From positions 51,460,001-51,524,000 of the forward strand of contig NC_088858.1 in NCBI RefSeq assembly GCF_963853765.1: DNA of 64,000 bases, given 5' to 3'. Positions 52,683-64,000 of this stretch are shown here, one piece after another (within the stretch, counting starts at the first letter, position 1; each line of letters starts with the position of its first letter). This DNA comes from Magallana gigas (lineage: Eukaryota). Under the pieces are notes generated by a model. It made no database searches, had not been told where the DNA came from, and saw nothing but the letters and a program-made list of their open reading frames with translations. A program made the translations under genes and the position numbers.

Positions 52683-54749
52683 TCATAGGTACACAAAATA
52701 TTCATACTCCCACATATCCTCGGAGTACTCCGACTGGATACAGTCGCTCAGGTTGTATTCCGTGAGTCGGCTGTCCAGGAAATGCAGCATCTTACTGACC
52801 ATATCATCGCTACTGTCCGCCAACAAATTCTCCTGTCTCCCCGGAAACAAGAACTTCACGTGTTTCAAAAAGTCAGACTCGTCCGCCAGATGTGGGTTAT
52901 TGATGTAGAAGTTGGGGAGGCGGCCATTTTGGAGAGCTCTCTTCAGAAAGTGAATGGCGTCGGAGACCCGGGCCGAGATTTGGTCCATGGTCCACTGCTC
53001 GGCTCTACTCTCCACCAGCATATAACTGACTACAGTCTCTATCATGTAGGAGGACACCTCACCTCGGCTCAGTAAAGTCTTTCTGGACTGCGGTGCAAAC
53101 AGAAACTTCAGAATCTGGATGACTGTCTTATGACAGCCAAGGACTCCGCTATAAGCACATTTCTGGTCCATCTTGCTAAAAAAGAAATGCTCTAACTCCC
53201 CAAATGACATGCTCCAGTATAAGTCATGTGATGTGGCTTGCAGTGGCTGAGTGGCGTAGCGATCTCGAGGCGCCACCTTGCGTTTAACGTCAACGTTTGA
53301 CCACGTGGGAACGGCGTACAGGTTGACTGGGTCTATCCACTTGTTAGTGCTCAGCAGCAGGGAGGGGATGAGTTGGACTCTGATGTCGGAGCAATGGAAA
53401 CCTACCACATTTCTAGTGTCCAGCGACAAGTAAAGCCCCGGAGAGGAGGCTCTTTGTATTCTGAACGGCAAACGGTCAATCATAGGCCTGCCCTCTTTGT
53501 ACAGTTTCTGAAGAGCAATTTCGGTCAATTCACAGGCGGCGTTTAGAAATTCTTGTGGAGAAATGCATTTCTTGTCTTTGTACGTTTTTAGGAGTTTGGA
53601 TGGAACCTCATGGTTTTCGTTGTCAATGGCAATTATTACAAGTTTTCCCGGCGGAATGTCAGAGTTGGTTCTATTGTCGATGGCAGACGACAGCACAATG
53701 TCTGAGCACTGGAACAGGAAAGAAACGTCACTTTGGTTCGCGGTGCCAACTTTCGTTCCTTTCCGCACACTTCCGGTGGGAGAATACGAGACGTACCTAA
53801 GACCATGGTAAGGACTCATTGTTTTAAGAACTTTGTCCAAAAGGTGCACGGTGTAGTTCACAATGAAATTTGACAGGGTCAACTGTTCAAAGTTTACGGT
53901 ACAGGTACTAGTGCAAAATTCATATAACCTTTTGTTGTCTCCTTGTAGAGATTGTGCGAGAGACTCGGGTTGGAGCGTGTGTGTACAGACATTGTTGTAG
54001 ATTACATGTTGCTGGAACTCTCTCAGAGCAAAAGTTTCAGTGGAATCTTCACCCGTGTCACGCGAACTTCGTAAAGGGGAACTACTACGTCTCCCCGTAG
54101 TCCTTAGGACTGGGCGCCGGGGCAGACGGACAGATGACGTCACAGTGCTGTGCAGTGGTCCGTCAGACTGACCGGAGTTATTCTCTATCAGCAGTTTGTC
54201 AAGTTCCTGGAACAGGCAGTCAACTGTCCTCTTCAGGAACGAAGGAAGATCACAACCGGTGACGAGGGTGTTATGACTGGGGTGGTACTGGACGTTGTAC
54301 AGTGGAACGTTACCGGGCTGTGTCTCAGATGTCTGAGCCGTGCCGACGATGACAGTTTGATCCTCTGTAGATGGTTCATCGTGTGTATCGGCTATCTCAG
54401 TTTTTACAACTTTCCTATCACAGAAATCCAATATTTTGGCTATTATCAACGGTGTCACTAGTGTTGTCAGTACAACCAACACGAAACAGAGAGCCAGTCC
54501 ACTATGAATATCAATTTGGCCATCATAGTCACTGATCGAAGTACAGCCGCTGGGTGGTGTGTCACTGTTCTGAGTCTCCGAATACAGAACGTTTTTCCTT
54601 ACCCATGACGAGAATTCAGCTCCTAGTTTGCTCCATTCGGACACAATGGGCGGACTTCTGTCATTAGGTTCCTCGATGTAGCATTCTGATAAATCAAGCT
54701 TTACGTTCAGTCTGTAAAATCGAGTGTCATTGAATACATTCACGGCCAT
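52683..54749 (-). CDS. Membrane-anchored Mab-21/cGAS-like (cGLR-family) nucleotidyltransferase-fold protein, 688 aa, probably catalytically degenerate
   Basis: Single 2067-nt ORF; hydrophobic helix GLALCFVLVVLTTLVTPLIIAKIL. Mab-21 motifs TGSVRKGTKV...NQSDV, RVQLIP, WSMSFGELE, ILKFL, SSYMIET, LPNFY. An in-frame TGA 18 nt upstream supports the ATG at 54749. Confidence 0.85.
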   Translation of the reverse strand: MAVNVFNDTRFYRLNVKLDLSECYIEEPNDRSPPIVSEWSKLGAEFSSWVRKNVLYSETQNSDTPPSGCTSISDYDGQIDIHSGLALCFVLVVLTTLVTPLIIAKILDFCDRKVVKTEIADTHDEPSTEDQTVIVGTAQTSETQPGNVPLYNVQYHPSHNTLVTGCDLPSFLKRTVDCLFQELDKLLIENNSGQSDGPLHSTVTSSVRLPRRPVLRTTGRRSSSPLRSSRDTGEDSTETFALREFQQHVIYNNVCTHTLQPESLAQSLQGDNKRLYEFCTSTCTVNFEQLTLSNFIVNYTVHLLDKVLKTMSPYHGLRYVSYSPTGSVRKGTKVGTANQSDVSFLFQCSDIVLSSAIDNRTNSDIPPGKLVIIAIDNENHEVPSKLLKTYKDKKCISPQEFLNAACELTEIALQKLYKEGRPMIDRLPFRIQRASSPGLYLSLDTRNVVGFHCSDIRVQLIPSLLLSTNKWIDPVNLYAVPTWSNVDVKRKVAPRDRYATQPLQATSHDLYWSMSFGELEHFFFSKMDQKCAYSGVLGCHKTVIQILKFLFAPQSRKTLLSRGEVSSYMIETVVSYMLVESRAEQWTMDQISARVSDAIHFLKRALQNGRLPNFYINNPHLADESDFLKHVKFLFPGRQENLLADSSDDMVSKMLHFLDSRLTEYNLSDCIQSEYSEDMWEYEYFVYL

Positions 54750-54949
54750 TTTTAGCGCACGGTTTCATTGTTCTGACAAATAGAAAGTACAACTTACAAA
54801 ATGAAAGTTACGTTATGAAGAGGAGTTGTCTTCCTTAGAACCGACGTTGTGATATTTTTGTATTTGTACCGAAAAACTAAAAGAAAAAAAAGACACATAC
54901 ACAAAATAAAAAAAAAAAACACCCAGACGGAACGACCTGATACTCAGGT

Positions 54950-54987
54950 CGTCGATCCGATTTCTTTTCTTTTAGACGCACCTGAAA

Positions 54988-55018
<31 letters not shown>

Positions 55019-55236
55019 CGGATTAGGATTTTCATGATTTGGGGAAAAAATGTTATGGCCGGAAAGATTTTTTGTTTTGGAAGTATAGGTTTACTCCCCC
55101 CCCCCCCCCCCCCCCCCCGGATTAGGATTTTCATTATTTTGATTTTGGGAATTAGGTTTTTTTCTCTCAATATTTCTGAGGATCAGTCTAGCTCCCCCCC
55201 CCCCCCCCCCACTTTCAATTTGCTTCCGACGCCAGT
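54950..55236. mobile_element. G/C-homopolymer-rich MITE fragment(s)
   Basis: Poly-C tracts, duplicated GGATTAGGATTTTCAT, and end CACTTTCAATTTGCTTCCGACGCCAGTG. Confidence 0.45.
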
Positions 55237-55605
55237 GCATAAGGTAATATTAGGAGAGTTTTATAGTTTTTTAGATGAAAACTATAGTTGACGGATCGTT
55301 AATTAAAGTTAACGGATCGTAAACTATAGTTGGCGGTTCGTAAACTATAGTTGCCTAATTTATCAAATGTGAATTTGGCGTGCCATAGATTTTCAAACAT
55401 GTATGCGGGGTATGCTTCAAGATAAGAATACCGCAAATGTCATACAGAAGTTACACTACTCAGGAATCTGGTTCAGTATTACATGTACTATGTAATTGTT
55501 GTTTTACACTTCTAGATGATGGCGTTATATAAATTAAGTTCTATATGGTTTACAGATGTGAAATATAGATTACTAGAACTATACAAAATGTAGATTTGCC
55601 CTTAA

Positions 55606-56780
55606 GCTACGGTTAAAGCAATATGAGCTGTATTTTTTTTTAGAATTTTATTTTGCTGCAAAAACCTGCTAGTATAATATGGTGGCATATCTCTGCCCCT
55701 TGTGTGCAAGTTATTTTTCTATTAATTATGTGGACATGCAAGATAAATATGTTGACATGCAAGATAGTTATGTCAACATGCAACATAACTATGTTGACAT
55801 GCAAGAAAACTGCAATCAAATAAGAGTTATAAAAAATCTCAAATATCGCCAACATGTGACATTCAAGATGCTAGATACGCTACCTATTGATGTCAACATG
55901 CAACTTATTTATGTTAACATGCAACTTCTTTATGTCGAAATGCAACTTATTTATGTTGACATGCAACTAAGTTATGTCAACATGCAACTTCTTTATGTCG
56001 ACATGCAACTTATTTATGTCGACATGCAACCTAGTTATGTTAACATGCGACTAAGTTATGTTGAGATACAACTTATAAGTTGCATGTCAACATATTTATC
56101 TCGCATGTTAACATAACTAAGTTGCATGTCAACATATTCATCTTGCATGTCAACATAAGTAAGTTGCATGTTGACATAAATAAGTTGCATGTTGACATAA
56201 ATAAGTTGCATGTAGACATAAATAAGTTGCATGTTAACATAAATGAGTTGCATGTTGACATAAAAAGGTAGCATCTAGCATCTTGGATGTCACAAGTGGG
56301 CGATATTTGAGAATTTTTGAGATTTTGTATAATTTTTATCTGATTGCAATTTTCTTGCATGTCAACATAGTTATGTTGCATGTTGACACAATTATCTTGC
56401 ATGTCAACATATTTATCTTGCATGTCGACATATTTGATGGAAAAATAACTTGCACACAAGGGGCAGAGATATGCCACCATAGTATAATAAGTCTGCTTAT
56501 GATTTAAACTTTTATGATAAATAAGATTTGAAAAAAATCATTAATTTTTGTCAAAGGAAATATTTCTCTTCTAAGGAATATATATCAAATCAATTTTTGT
56601 ACAGGATGACAATAATTCAATTTTGCTCCAAATAAGGCTTCTTATCGGCTTTTTTTTCAAAAATATGGCTAACAGAAATTTAAAAACCATGATGTTTTTG
56701 TCATTTCAGTAGAAAAGAACATTTAAGTAAAAAAAAAAATTCAACATGAAAAATGCAGCTCATATTGCTTCAACAATCGA
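55606..56780. mobile_element. TTAA-flanked TIR element (Kolobok-like) hosting a foldback insertion
   Basis: AAGCAATATGAGCTG(T/C)ATTTT is inverted at the two ends; TTAA at 55602-05 and 56781-84. Confidence 0.65.
55679..56480. mobile_element. Foldback element with long inverted arms and 21-bp internal repeats
   Basis: Ends ATGGTGGCATATCTCTGCCCCTTGTGTGCAAG and its reverse complement; 8-bp target duplication AGTATAAT (55671-78, 56481-88). Internal ATGTCAACATGCAACTTATTT-type repeats occur in both orientations. Confidence 0.88.
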
Positions 56781-58403
56781 TTAACATAGTTTATCGACAT
56801 TAAAACTTAAACTACGTTTAGCTCATTCTTGTGAATTTGACGTATTGCTATGATCTATATATAAACACACGTGTTTAAAATCTAGAGTAAGAGATATCAA
56901 CTGACCTCATAAGGTTTGAGGTTATGTTATTAGTTGAGATAACGGAAAATCGGTCGGGGCGTCCGAAGACCCAATTTTGTGAATTTTCAGATCAAAGAAC
57001 CCCTCCCCCTCTTTCTCCCTTCCTCAAAGTTTTCGTCATGGGTCTTTGTTTACATCGCAAATGTTGCATGGGCAGTTAGTTAGAGATATTAATAAACTCA
57101 TGCATATTTTAGTTCTGACATCGTCAACTTTTTCAGAGAGAGAGTACTTTTTATTTATTTATTTAATCTCAGTACTGTTTAATTTGTGAACGGAATGAAT
57201 CAGTAAAAAATAAATCAGCTTCATGGTCATTATCAGATGGGTGGGTGGGTAACTACATGTATATATCTATATATGTATGCATACATACATAATATATACA
57301 TTAAACAAATAAGTTTGTCTAGTCTATAATCCAAAAACCCCTCACCAATGAGTCACACGGCCTAGTTTGTACGTGATGCTGACCCATTTTCTGTAGTGCA
57401 GTCATAGATAGCGAGATATATCGTTCATCGGTCATAGAGAGAGGGGGACTAGAGAGAGTGACCCTACCTACATATAGCGATGCAGACAGGTACTATAGTA
57501 TTACATATGTACATATATATTTAAGTTAACATGGACATCGTGGCGTTTTTCTTAAATTATTTTATGTTCTTTTTCATTTACTTATGTGAATGATACATGT
57601 ATTATAACATGTATAACTAATCAATTTTTTTTTGTAAGTAACAAAGTATATGACGGACAAACTACAGATCTTCACTGTGTTCCTCTAATTTCTTTCTCGC
57701 ACAGTCATTAAACTTTATTTTTATATCTTTGTTCTTGAGGCGCTCCAGGTGTCGTTCGGAGGCATAGCCTAATGCGTGTCCTCACTAACAGGGGTCACTG
57801 TTGGTGTACATCCTTGGTTTTGGTACACTGTTAAATTAGATAATGTGTTCTGGCTGGTCGTCTCTTATTTCTATTCTATCTTGTGGACGGCGCGTGCTTC
57901 TGCATGTGCATGGATTGAATGTTGACGACTGCACGCACGTCCAGTTACGTAACATATTGTTTACACTTGTTATGCGTTATGGTTTGTTTTGTTTTTTTTT
58001 GTTTTTTTGTTTTTAGAAAAACCTTTTTTTCTAAACCCATTTTATAGCCATTATACCGACGGTTCAATTTACAGTTTTCATAAAAGTTTTAATGTATGTT
58101 TTATGTGTCCAAACTTAAGACTTTTAATGTTAATTCATATTTTATCCTGTCGCTGACTAAAACGTGTTAGAATGCACTTGCCGCGGGTGTGCACAAAGTG
58201 CACGAAACATTTTTGCTATATATATAAACTACATCTGCATGTACAAAAATGTGTTGTTATAGGCCTGTATTATAATCAATACAGTAATCTTTTTAAAGGT
58301 ATAAAAATTTACGAATTATTTTTTCATAAGGGTTTAAAGTACACAAATACGTTGTATTGGCATTAATACGCACGACTTTAAGGATAGTATGTACAAGTTT
58401 GAT

Positions 58404-58649
58404 AGGCACGTAGCATCAAAATGGGGGCCCACTTTTTTGCAAGGTGAAGATCTTTCTTGAATTTACATACAAGAAATTGAATTAACATGGCGTTGGCCCC
58501 CTCACTTTTATGGGACCATGTAAAAATTGAATTGAAAATAAGGAAATAAGCAGTGAAATTGAATTTAAAGAGGTATACCCCCCCTCCCAACGGATTAGGA
58601 TTTCCGAGACTGGCCCCCCCCCCACTTTCATAAACGATGCTACGTGCCT
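58404..58649. mobile_element. Short MITE
   Basis: TIR AGGCACGTAGCATC / GATGCTACGTGCCT. Confidence 0.7.
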
Positions 58650-58806
58650 GTTTGAGCAATGAAATAGGGGTATATAGTGTAAATGGGTGGGTATGGGATA
58701 GCCTTGTCATACATTTAGGGATTTGGGGAGCGTGGATACCACCATAAAATGTGATATGGCACATGAAATGTGTATTATACTAGTATGTAACAAGCGACTG
58801 TCTAAA

Positions 58807-59095
58807 GGTAGCTCACTACACCTTGGAATAGTTTCTTAAATCAGCAAAAAGTTATTTGATTTTTGATAGATAGCATGATGGGCTGGAAATATACAGGTTA
58901 AATAGGCGAAAAAATGGTCAATTTTAGAAAAAAAACATATATTTTCAAAATGTTAATTCAGTAAATACACTGTACGAACAACCACTGGGCTATGACGACA
59001 TACAAATAAATTGGTCGATGCAAACAATTTAACGAAACATTCTTGTGACGTGTCAACAGTCTTCAAAAGTATACACCTAGATGAAGTGAGGTATC
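58807..59095. mobile_element. Degenerate second copy of the 20171-20512 element
   Basis: Shares GGTA.CTCACTACACCTTG.AATAGTTT...AAATCAGCA and ACCACTG.GCTATGACGA.ATACA; most of the tRNA-like cassette is deleted. Confidence 0.75.
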
Positions 59096-59279
59096 TTAAA
59101 TAAGATACCATAGTAATAAAAAAAACAAACTTAAGTACATTAAGCCCTAAACAGCCGTTTTCTGGATCAGTAAGGACGCAATCAGGCGTGACCAAACAAT
59201 GTAAACAGTCGGTGCTTTGATTTTTAAAGGAAACACATGGTGTAACGGGTAAACACGCGGAAACAGAGAGAGAGGGGCC

Positions 59280-60682
59280 ATGTACTGGCTCAACGTTGTA
59301 AACGGTCAGCTGTGCCCCGACCGCTTCACCAGGCAGTACGGTAAGTGACGGCTATCCCGCCCATAGGTACCGAGTCCCACCCCCGGGGCCCATCAAAGTA
59401 CATATGTTGACGGTCTCAGGTCATTCACGTCTAGGGGTTTCTTTGTGTGTTTTTTAAGGACATAAAACAAAGTACAGTGAACTCTTGTTTTTGAATCACG
59501 TAATCCCTTGTTTAGAGTTATTGGAAATCTAACAAAATTTTAAGTTTAACTTCGGGGTAGAGAGACTTATGAATAGATCTATATTTTCTCGGACAGGAAA
59601 ATATTAAAAGACTGGTGTTTTAAAAGTGAAATTTTATATATAAAAAAGATCATGCACGTCATGTAATTTGAGTCGCTTCCATTCTGTTTTAAGTTTTAGT
59701 GTTTCACATTGCTAAGGTGTGCACTGGCTGACAATATCTGCTGACGTCGAGTACAAATATACTGATGAATCATAACTCGATCTAGTTGGTTCCACCGTCA
59801 TGGTTATTTAAAGTACCGGTAACTTACAAATACTTATATTTTTCTATATTTTTAGCAAGAAGACAAGACCCCCATTCCCTCATCTTTGAAGCCATACTCT
59901 ATGGAAACAAGAGCGAGGTCCAACAGTTGATATCCGCCGGGGTGGACAAAAATGTCGTCACACATCGACACGTGCGCTGGGAGGGCGCGAGTGCGCTTGG
60001 CGCAGCAGCTTACGAGGGTCAAATGGAAATAGTTAGATATCTAGTAGACATCGGAACATCAGTGAATTTCTGTGACCCCTGCCAAAAACGGACGCCGCTA
60101 CACTGGGCGTGTCTTGGCAACCAGTATCAGGCGGCCACTTATCTCGTCACGCGCGGTGCTGACGTCAATCAAAGAGACTTGGAGCAGACGACACCACTTC
60201 TTCGCGCTGTTTTAGGAAAGAACGTTGATTTGGTGAGATATTTGATTGAGAATGGCGCCGATGTCCGTCACACTGACGTATTGGGCTGTTCTATCCTCCA
60301 CTACGCCTGCATTCACGCCGACAACACCCTGATCAGCGCCGCCATCAAAGCAGGCTGCATCTCCAACAATATAGCCATGATTGGAAAAGGCACGCCGCTA
60401 CAGACACTAGCTACACAAAACGACACGGGAAGTGTGCGTCTGTTGCTGGAGGCAGGGTATGACCTCCAGAATGACCGTCCCTGGGTGAAGTCACTCCCTC
60501 CCTCGTGTTCAAACCCGTCATTGCAACGTGTGGTAAAATTCAACAGTCAACCAATGAGTTTAAAAATACTATGCAGAAAAACTATAAGGAAAGCAATGGG
60601 AGGAGTAAAACTGGAACAGAGATTGAACAAAATTCCATGTCCAAACTTAATTCATCATTACCTTACGCTTGATGGTCTTTGA
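59280..60682 (+). CDS. Ankyrin repeat and SOCS box protein (ASB-like), 295 aa, 2 exons
   Basis: Exon 59280-59340 (MYWLNVVNGQLCPDRFTRQY, donor GTAAGT) joins 59856-60682 in phase. Multiple ankyrin repeats (TPLHWAC, TPLLRA) and a C-terminal SOCS box SLKILCRKTIRKAM...IPCPNLIHHYL. Confidence 0.9.
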
Positions 60683-61169
60683 TTTGACCAGTTTTTGTTT
60701 CAAAATTCATTGTTTAACATGCTTGTTTTGAACCTTTATTATGAGTAAAAATTTTAAAGAAAACAAAATGTAGCTCTTGTTTCTAAAAAAAAAAATCTTA
60801 CAGAATACTTTCAAAATTATCTTTATTATCAGAAAATGCATATAACAAGAAAATCATGCCATTTCTGAGGGTTGCAGTACAATGCACTGATCAATTTAAA
60901 AACTGTGAATCAAGATCTCAAATTCAGTCAATATATACAGTAGTTACCTGTTAATGCAAATTTTCCATTTAAATTCATATCTAGCAGATCTATTCTATTT
61001 TGATTGGGTTTCAAATATGCATCATAGCTCAAGGTAACAATTTTGGAATAAACAGAAAACTCAGTGAAGTGATGTTTACATTTGACACTCATCACAGCTC
61101 AGTGGTTTCCTTTATCCAGGAGTTGCTTCAGAATATAACTTAGATGAATATCATATTGAAGATAAAATT

Positions 61170-61335
61170 TTCTCTCTCACCCCCCCTCTCTCTCTCCAAA
61201 CACTACTGCTTTCAAACATCTCTCTCCCCTCTCTATTCATCCAAATACTACTGCTTTCAAACCTCTCCCTTTCCCTCTCTATATCTCCAAACATGCTTTC
61301 AAACAAACCTCTCTCTCTCCTTTCTTTCTCTCTCA
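61170..61335. repeat. Low-complexity tandem repeat (CT-rich, about 40-bp units)
   Basis: Repeated CTCTCTCTCCAAA.ACTACTGCTTTCAAAC. Confidence 0.7.
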
Positions 61336-61542
61336 CGTACTGTACAGAATGTCTCCATAGCTGTGAGTGACATTTTTTCTGATAAATAAAACATCACAAA
61401 CAATTAGGAGTCTGGATTCTCACCAAAACCAACACACACAGTATCTCAATAACTGGACCGGTCTCTTTCACAGATAGACTCCCTTCATCACGTGATCACT
61501 GACTGGAATATCTGAACAAATCACCACTAACATCTTTCCTCC

Positions 61543-64000
61543 TCACGCTAATCCGCTGGCCTGAATGGGTCGTTTGACAGGTTCGTCAATATTTTCACGT
61601 CGTATATATGTGGGAGGTTCTTTCTTGTTGACTGTGTCAGCAGTAATGATGACTTTCTCCACGTCAGGCATACTGGGAACCTCGTACATGGGCGTCAGTA
61701 GAACCTCCTCCTGTTTTAAAATACAGTAAACACAGGGTATAATATGATGTAAGGTGATAGATTTTCAATAATCTAGGGGTCTTAAGAGGGTTCAATGGTA
61801 CAGGCCATTTTTAGACTGTATTGATCTCTAGAAGAGCTTTAGGTAAAAATATAGGAAAATGTTTAAATCAAATAGTTCAAACATTGATTATTACTTTAAT
61901 AATAAATAAATAAATAATAATTTAAAGTTCAACATATCGTGTCTTAAAATTTTAGCTGGATCTGATGGTTAAATTGTTGAACACCCACCTCTTTAAATAT
62001 AGTTACAAATATATGAGCACTTCTGTTTATCAAAATGATAAAATATATGATTTTGTTTACCAGTATATGGTGAATTCCTCTTGCCCCCGTCTTCTTCTTG
62101 ATGGCTCTCTGTGCAATTGCCCTTAAAGCACTGTCTGTGAATATCAGCTGACACTGCAAAAATTATTGACACATTGTAAACATACTAGTAACTGATGTTC
62201 AAGGTCAAACAGAAGGTTGAGGTTAAGACCTAATACAGCTGAATTGCTCATACACATACATATCTTTTTATGAAGTTTAATGAAAATATAATCCTTAAGC
62301 AGATATATTTATAGAGAAAAAAAATGTTTCTTTTGCAACATAAAAGGATTGGACAAAGTTGTTGTTTTGTTGACCAAATACAGTAAACCCAATGACCTAG
62401 ACCTTTTCTTTCTACTATAAATTAATTACGGTAATATTTAATTGTCAAAGTCAAATTTAGGCATTATGACAGCGAAACAAAAGGCTCCGAGATAGCATTG
62501 GAGGATGCATTTGTATACACTACCATTGAGATGATTTTAAAAATACAAAAAATGTACATGTCAAGAGCTGTAGTTGAACTCATTGATAGAAATAAGCTCA
62601 GAAACAGAGAGATTCTACACCTCATCATAGGCCAGCAGGAACTCCTTCTGGGCTATCAGGGAGTTCTTGGTTTCTGTTAGGATTTTCACTAGGTGGTCCT
62701 CATTAAGACTGTGTAGGGGTACCACTATGTGGAACCGCCCCACAAACTCGGGGATCAGTCCAAACTTCACTACGTCTTCCGTCTCCACCTGACTCAGAAG
62801 TCGGTCATACTTGAGGTTTAACTGTTCTATGTCTGACAGAGTTCTCTCCTCTTCCTCATGTAGGATAGCTTTGTCATTGTGAACACCAAAACCAAAGTTC
62901 TGCAAAACAAATACATGGAATGTAGTCTGTCATGTAATAAGCACAATTTGAAATTAAAATTACCTGAGAAGAAAAAATGGTATGTTTATCTTAGTTCTAC
63001 TTCATCTAAATTTCTTTTGCAATTTGGTTGTCTATTAAAAGCATTAAAAATTATTAGGATTATGTAAGATATATGACATATAATTGTATAATCAAGCATG
63101 AAGAATCAGTTATCTAAACTGCAATGTCACAATATATGTGTGTTTATTTTACCCCTACCAAAAGAGGCAAACAGCTCTGTGTAGACATGCTTGATCTTCC
63201 ACTATACCTTTAGATTAGTTCTGCCTTGTATGAGATCGGTGATTCCTGTAAATGCCCCTGATGCTATAAATAAAATATTGGTGGTATCCACTTGATATGT
63301 GGTCTCGTGAGCGTTCCGTTTCCCCATTTTTTCTGTCACATTGACAACGTTGGATTCTAAGAGTTTAAGGAATGCCTGCTGAACCCCTTCACCTCCCACG
63401 TCACGGGAAGAGTTCACTCCCCTGGAGGAATTCCCTGGTACGATACTTCGGATTTTATCCACCTCATCAAGATATACAATACCTGTAGAAGTTATAATAA
63501 ACAATATATCAAAACTGGCTCATATAAAAGAACAAATTTACATAAAAAACCTATAATAATTATCATAAAGAAATTAGCATTTTATTTTCATATTTCATGT
63601 ACCGTAAATAGATTTTCATATGTTATATAAATTGTTTGACAGAATTTAGATGTTAAATTAATTCTTAATATTATTTTGGAAATGTCTCATTGATGTTTTA
63701 ATAGTCATCATATGTACGTGTAACTTTTTCTTCAATATGTTCAAACACAATTTTTGGACTACAATATTTCACCACATGAAATAACCTAAAGTCCATTTCT
63801 TGATTCATAACCCTAATTTACAGCAGATAAAATGACAAACTTTGTTTGATAAAAAAATCCTGTAAGTGCTCCTTTGATGAACAACATAAGATGTGATGCT
63901 CACCTTGTTGACACTTGTCCACATCAAACTCGGCATTCTCCAGGAGTCGGTAGATAACGGACTCTACATCCTCACCCACGTAACCAGCAGCCGTGATTGA
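61543..64000 (-). CDS. CLPX: ClpX-like AAA+ ATPase (mitochondrial CLPX family), 3' part; gene continues beyond the window
   Basis: Exons 64000-63904, 63482-63208, 62899-62621, 62153-62061, 61710-61543. Pore-1 [10 protein letters not shown], Walker [49 protein letters not shown]. Confidence 0.92.

Noticed and set aside
52782-54461. Several plus-strand ORFs of 65-103 aa
   Set aside because: Antisense to the 688-aa Mab-21 ORF.
55640-56507. VNMQLIY/LHVDI repeat ORFs on both strands
   Set aside because: Translations of the 21-bp repeats of the foldback element.
59786-59855. N-terminal 23 aa of the 298-aa ORF in the track
   Set aside because: Intronic (TTG start, pyrimidine tract, acceptor at 59854-55); the real start is more likely the upstream exon at 59280.
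31601-64000. Idea that the clustered genes form one functional system (operon-like immune or mitochondrial module)
   Set aside because: Eukaryotic neighbours with unrelated functions on mixed strands; nothing in the sequence links them beyond proximity.

Overview
AT-rich eukaryotic (metazoan) genomic DNA with three N-gaps. It is probably a bivalve and most likely a Crassostrea/Magallana oyster; this is inferred from the repeat families, including about 166-bp satellite-like arrays inside Helentron-type elements. The left 21 kb is a transposon graveyard: Harbinger, Kolobok-like, Helentron/HINE, hairpin elements and a decayed LINE. It is followed by an intact ZIP (SLC39) zinc transporter with a decayed tandem copy and a frameshifted Tc1 element. 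The right half is gene-dense. I reconstructed these genes by hand, exon by exon with reading-frame phases checked: CENP-H-like (+, 8 exons, one GC-AG intron); NR2C2AP (-, 4 exons, one U12-type AT-AC intron); C15orf40/UPF0235 (+, 4 exons); a DEG/ENaC channel (-, 10 exons); a single-exon membrane-anchored Mab-21/cGAS-like protein with a degenerate catalytic triad (-); an ankyrin-repeat/SOCS-box protein (+, 2 exons); and the 3' part of a ClpX-like ATPase (-). The most notable items are the transmembrane cGLR-like pseudo-nucleotidyltransferase, the AT-AC minor intron, a perfect 98-bp palindrome abutting GCGAAGC-capped hairpin elements, and a tRNA-like cassette inside a TTAA-flanked element. I found no CRISPR array, rRNA or intact tRNA gene. 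All family assignments come from motif recognition, not database searches.
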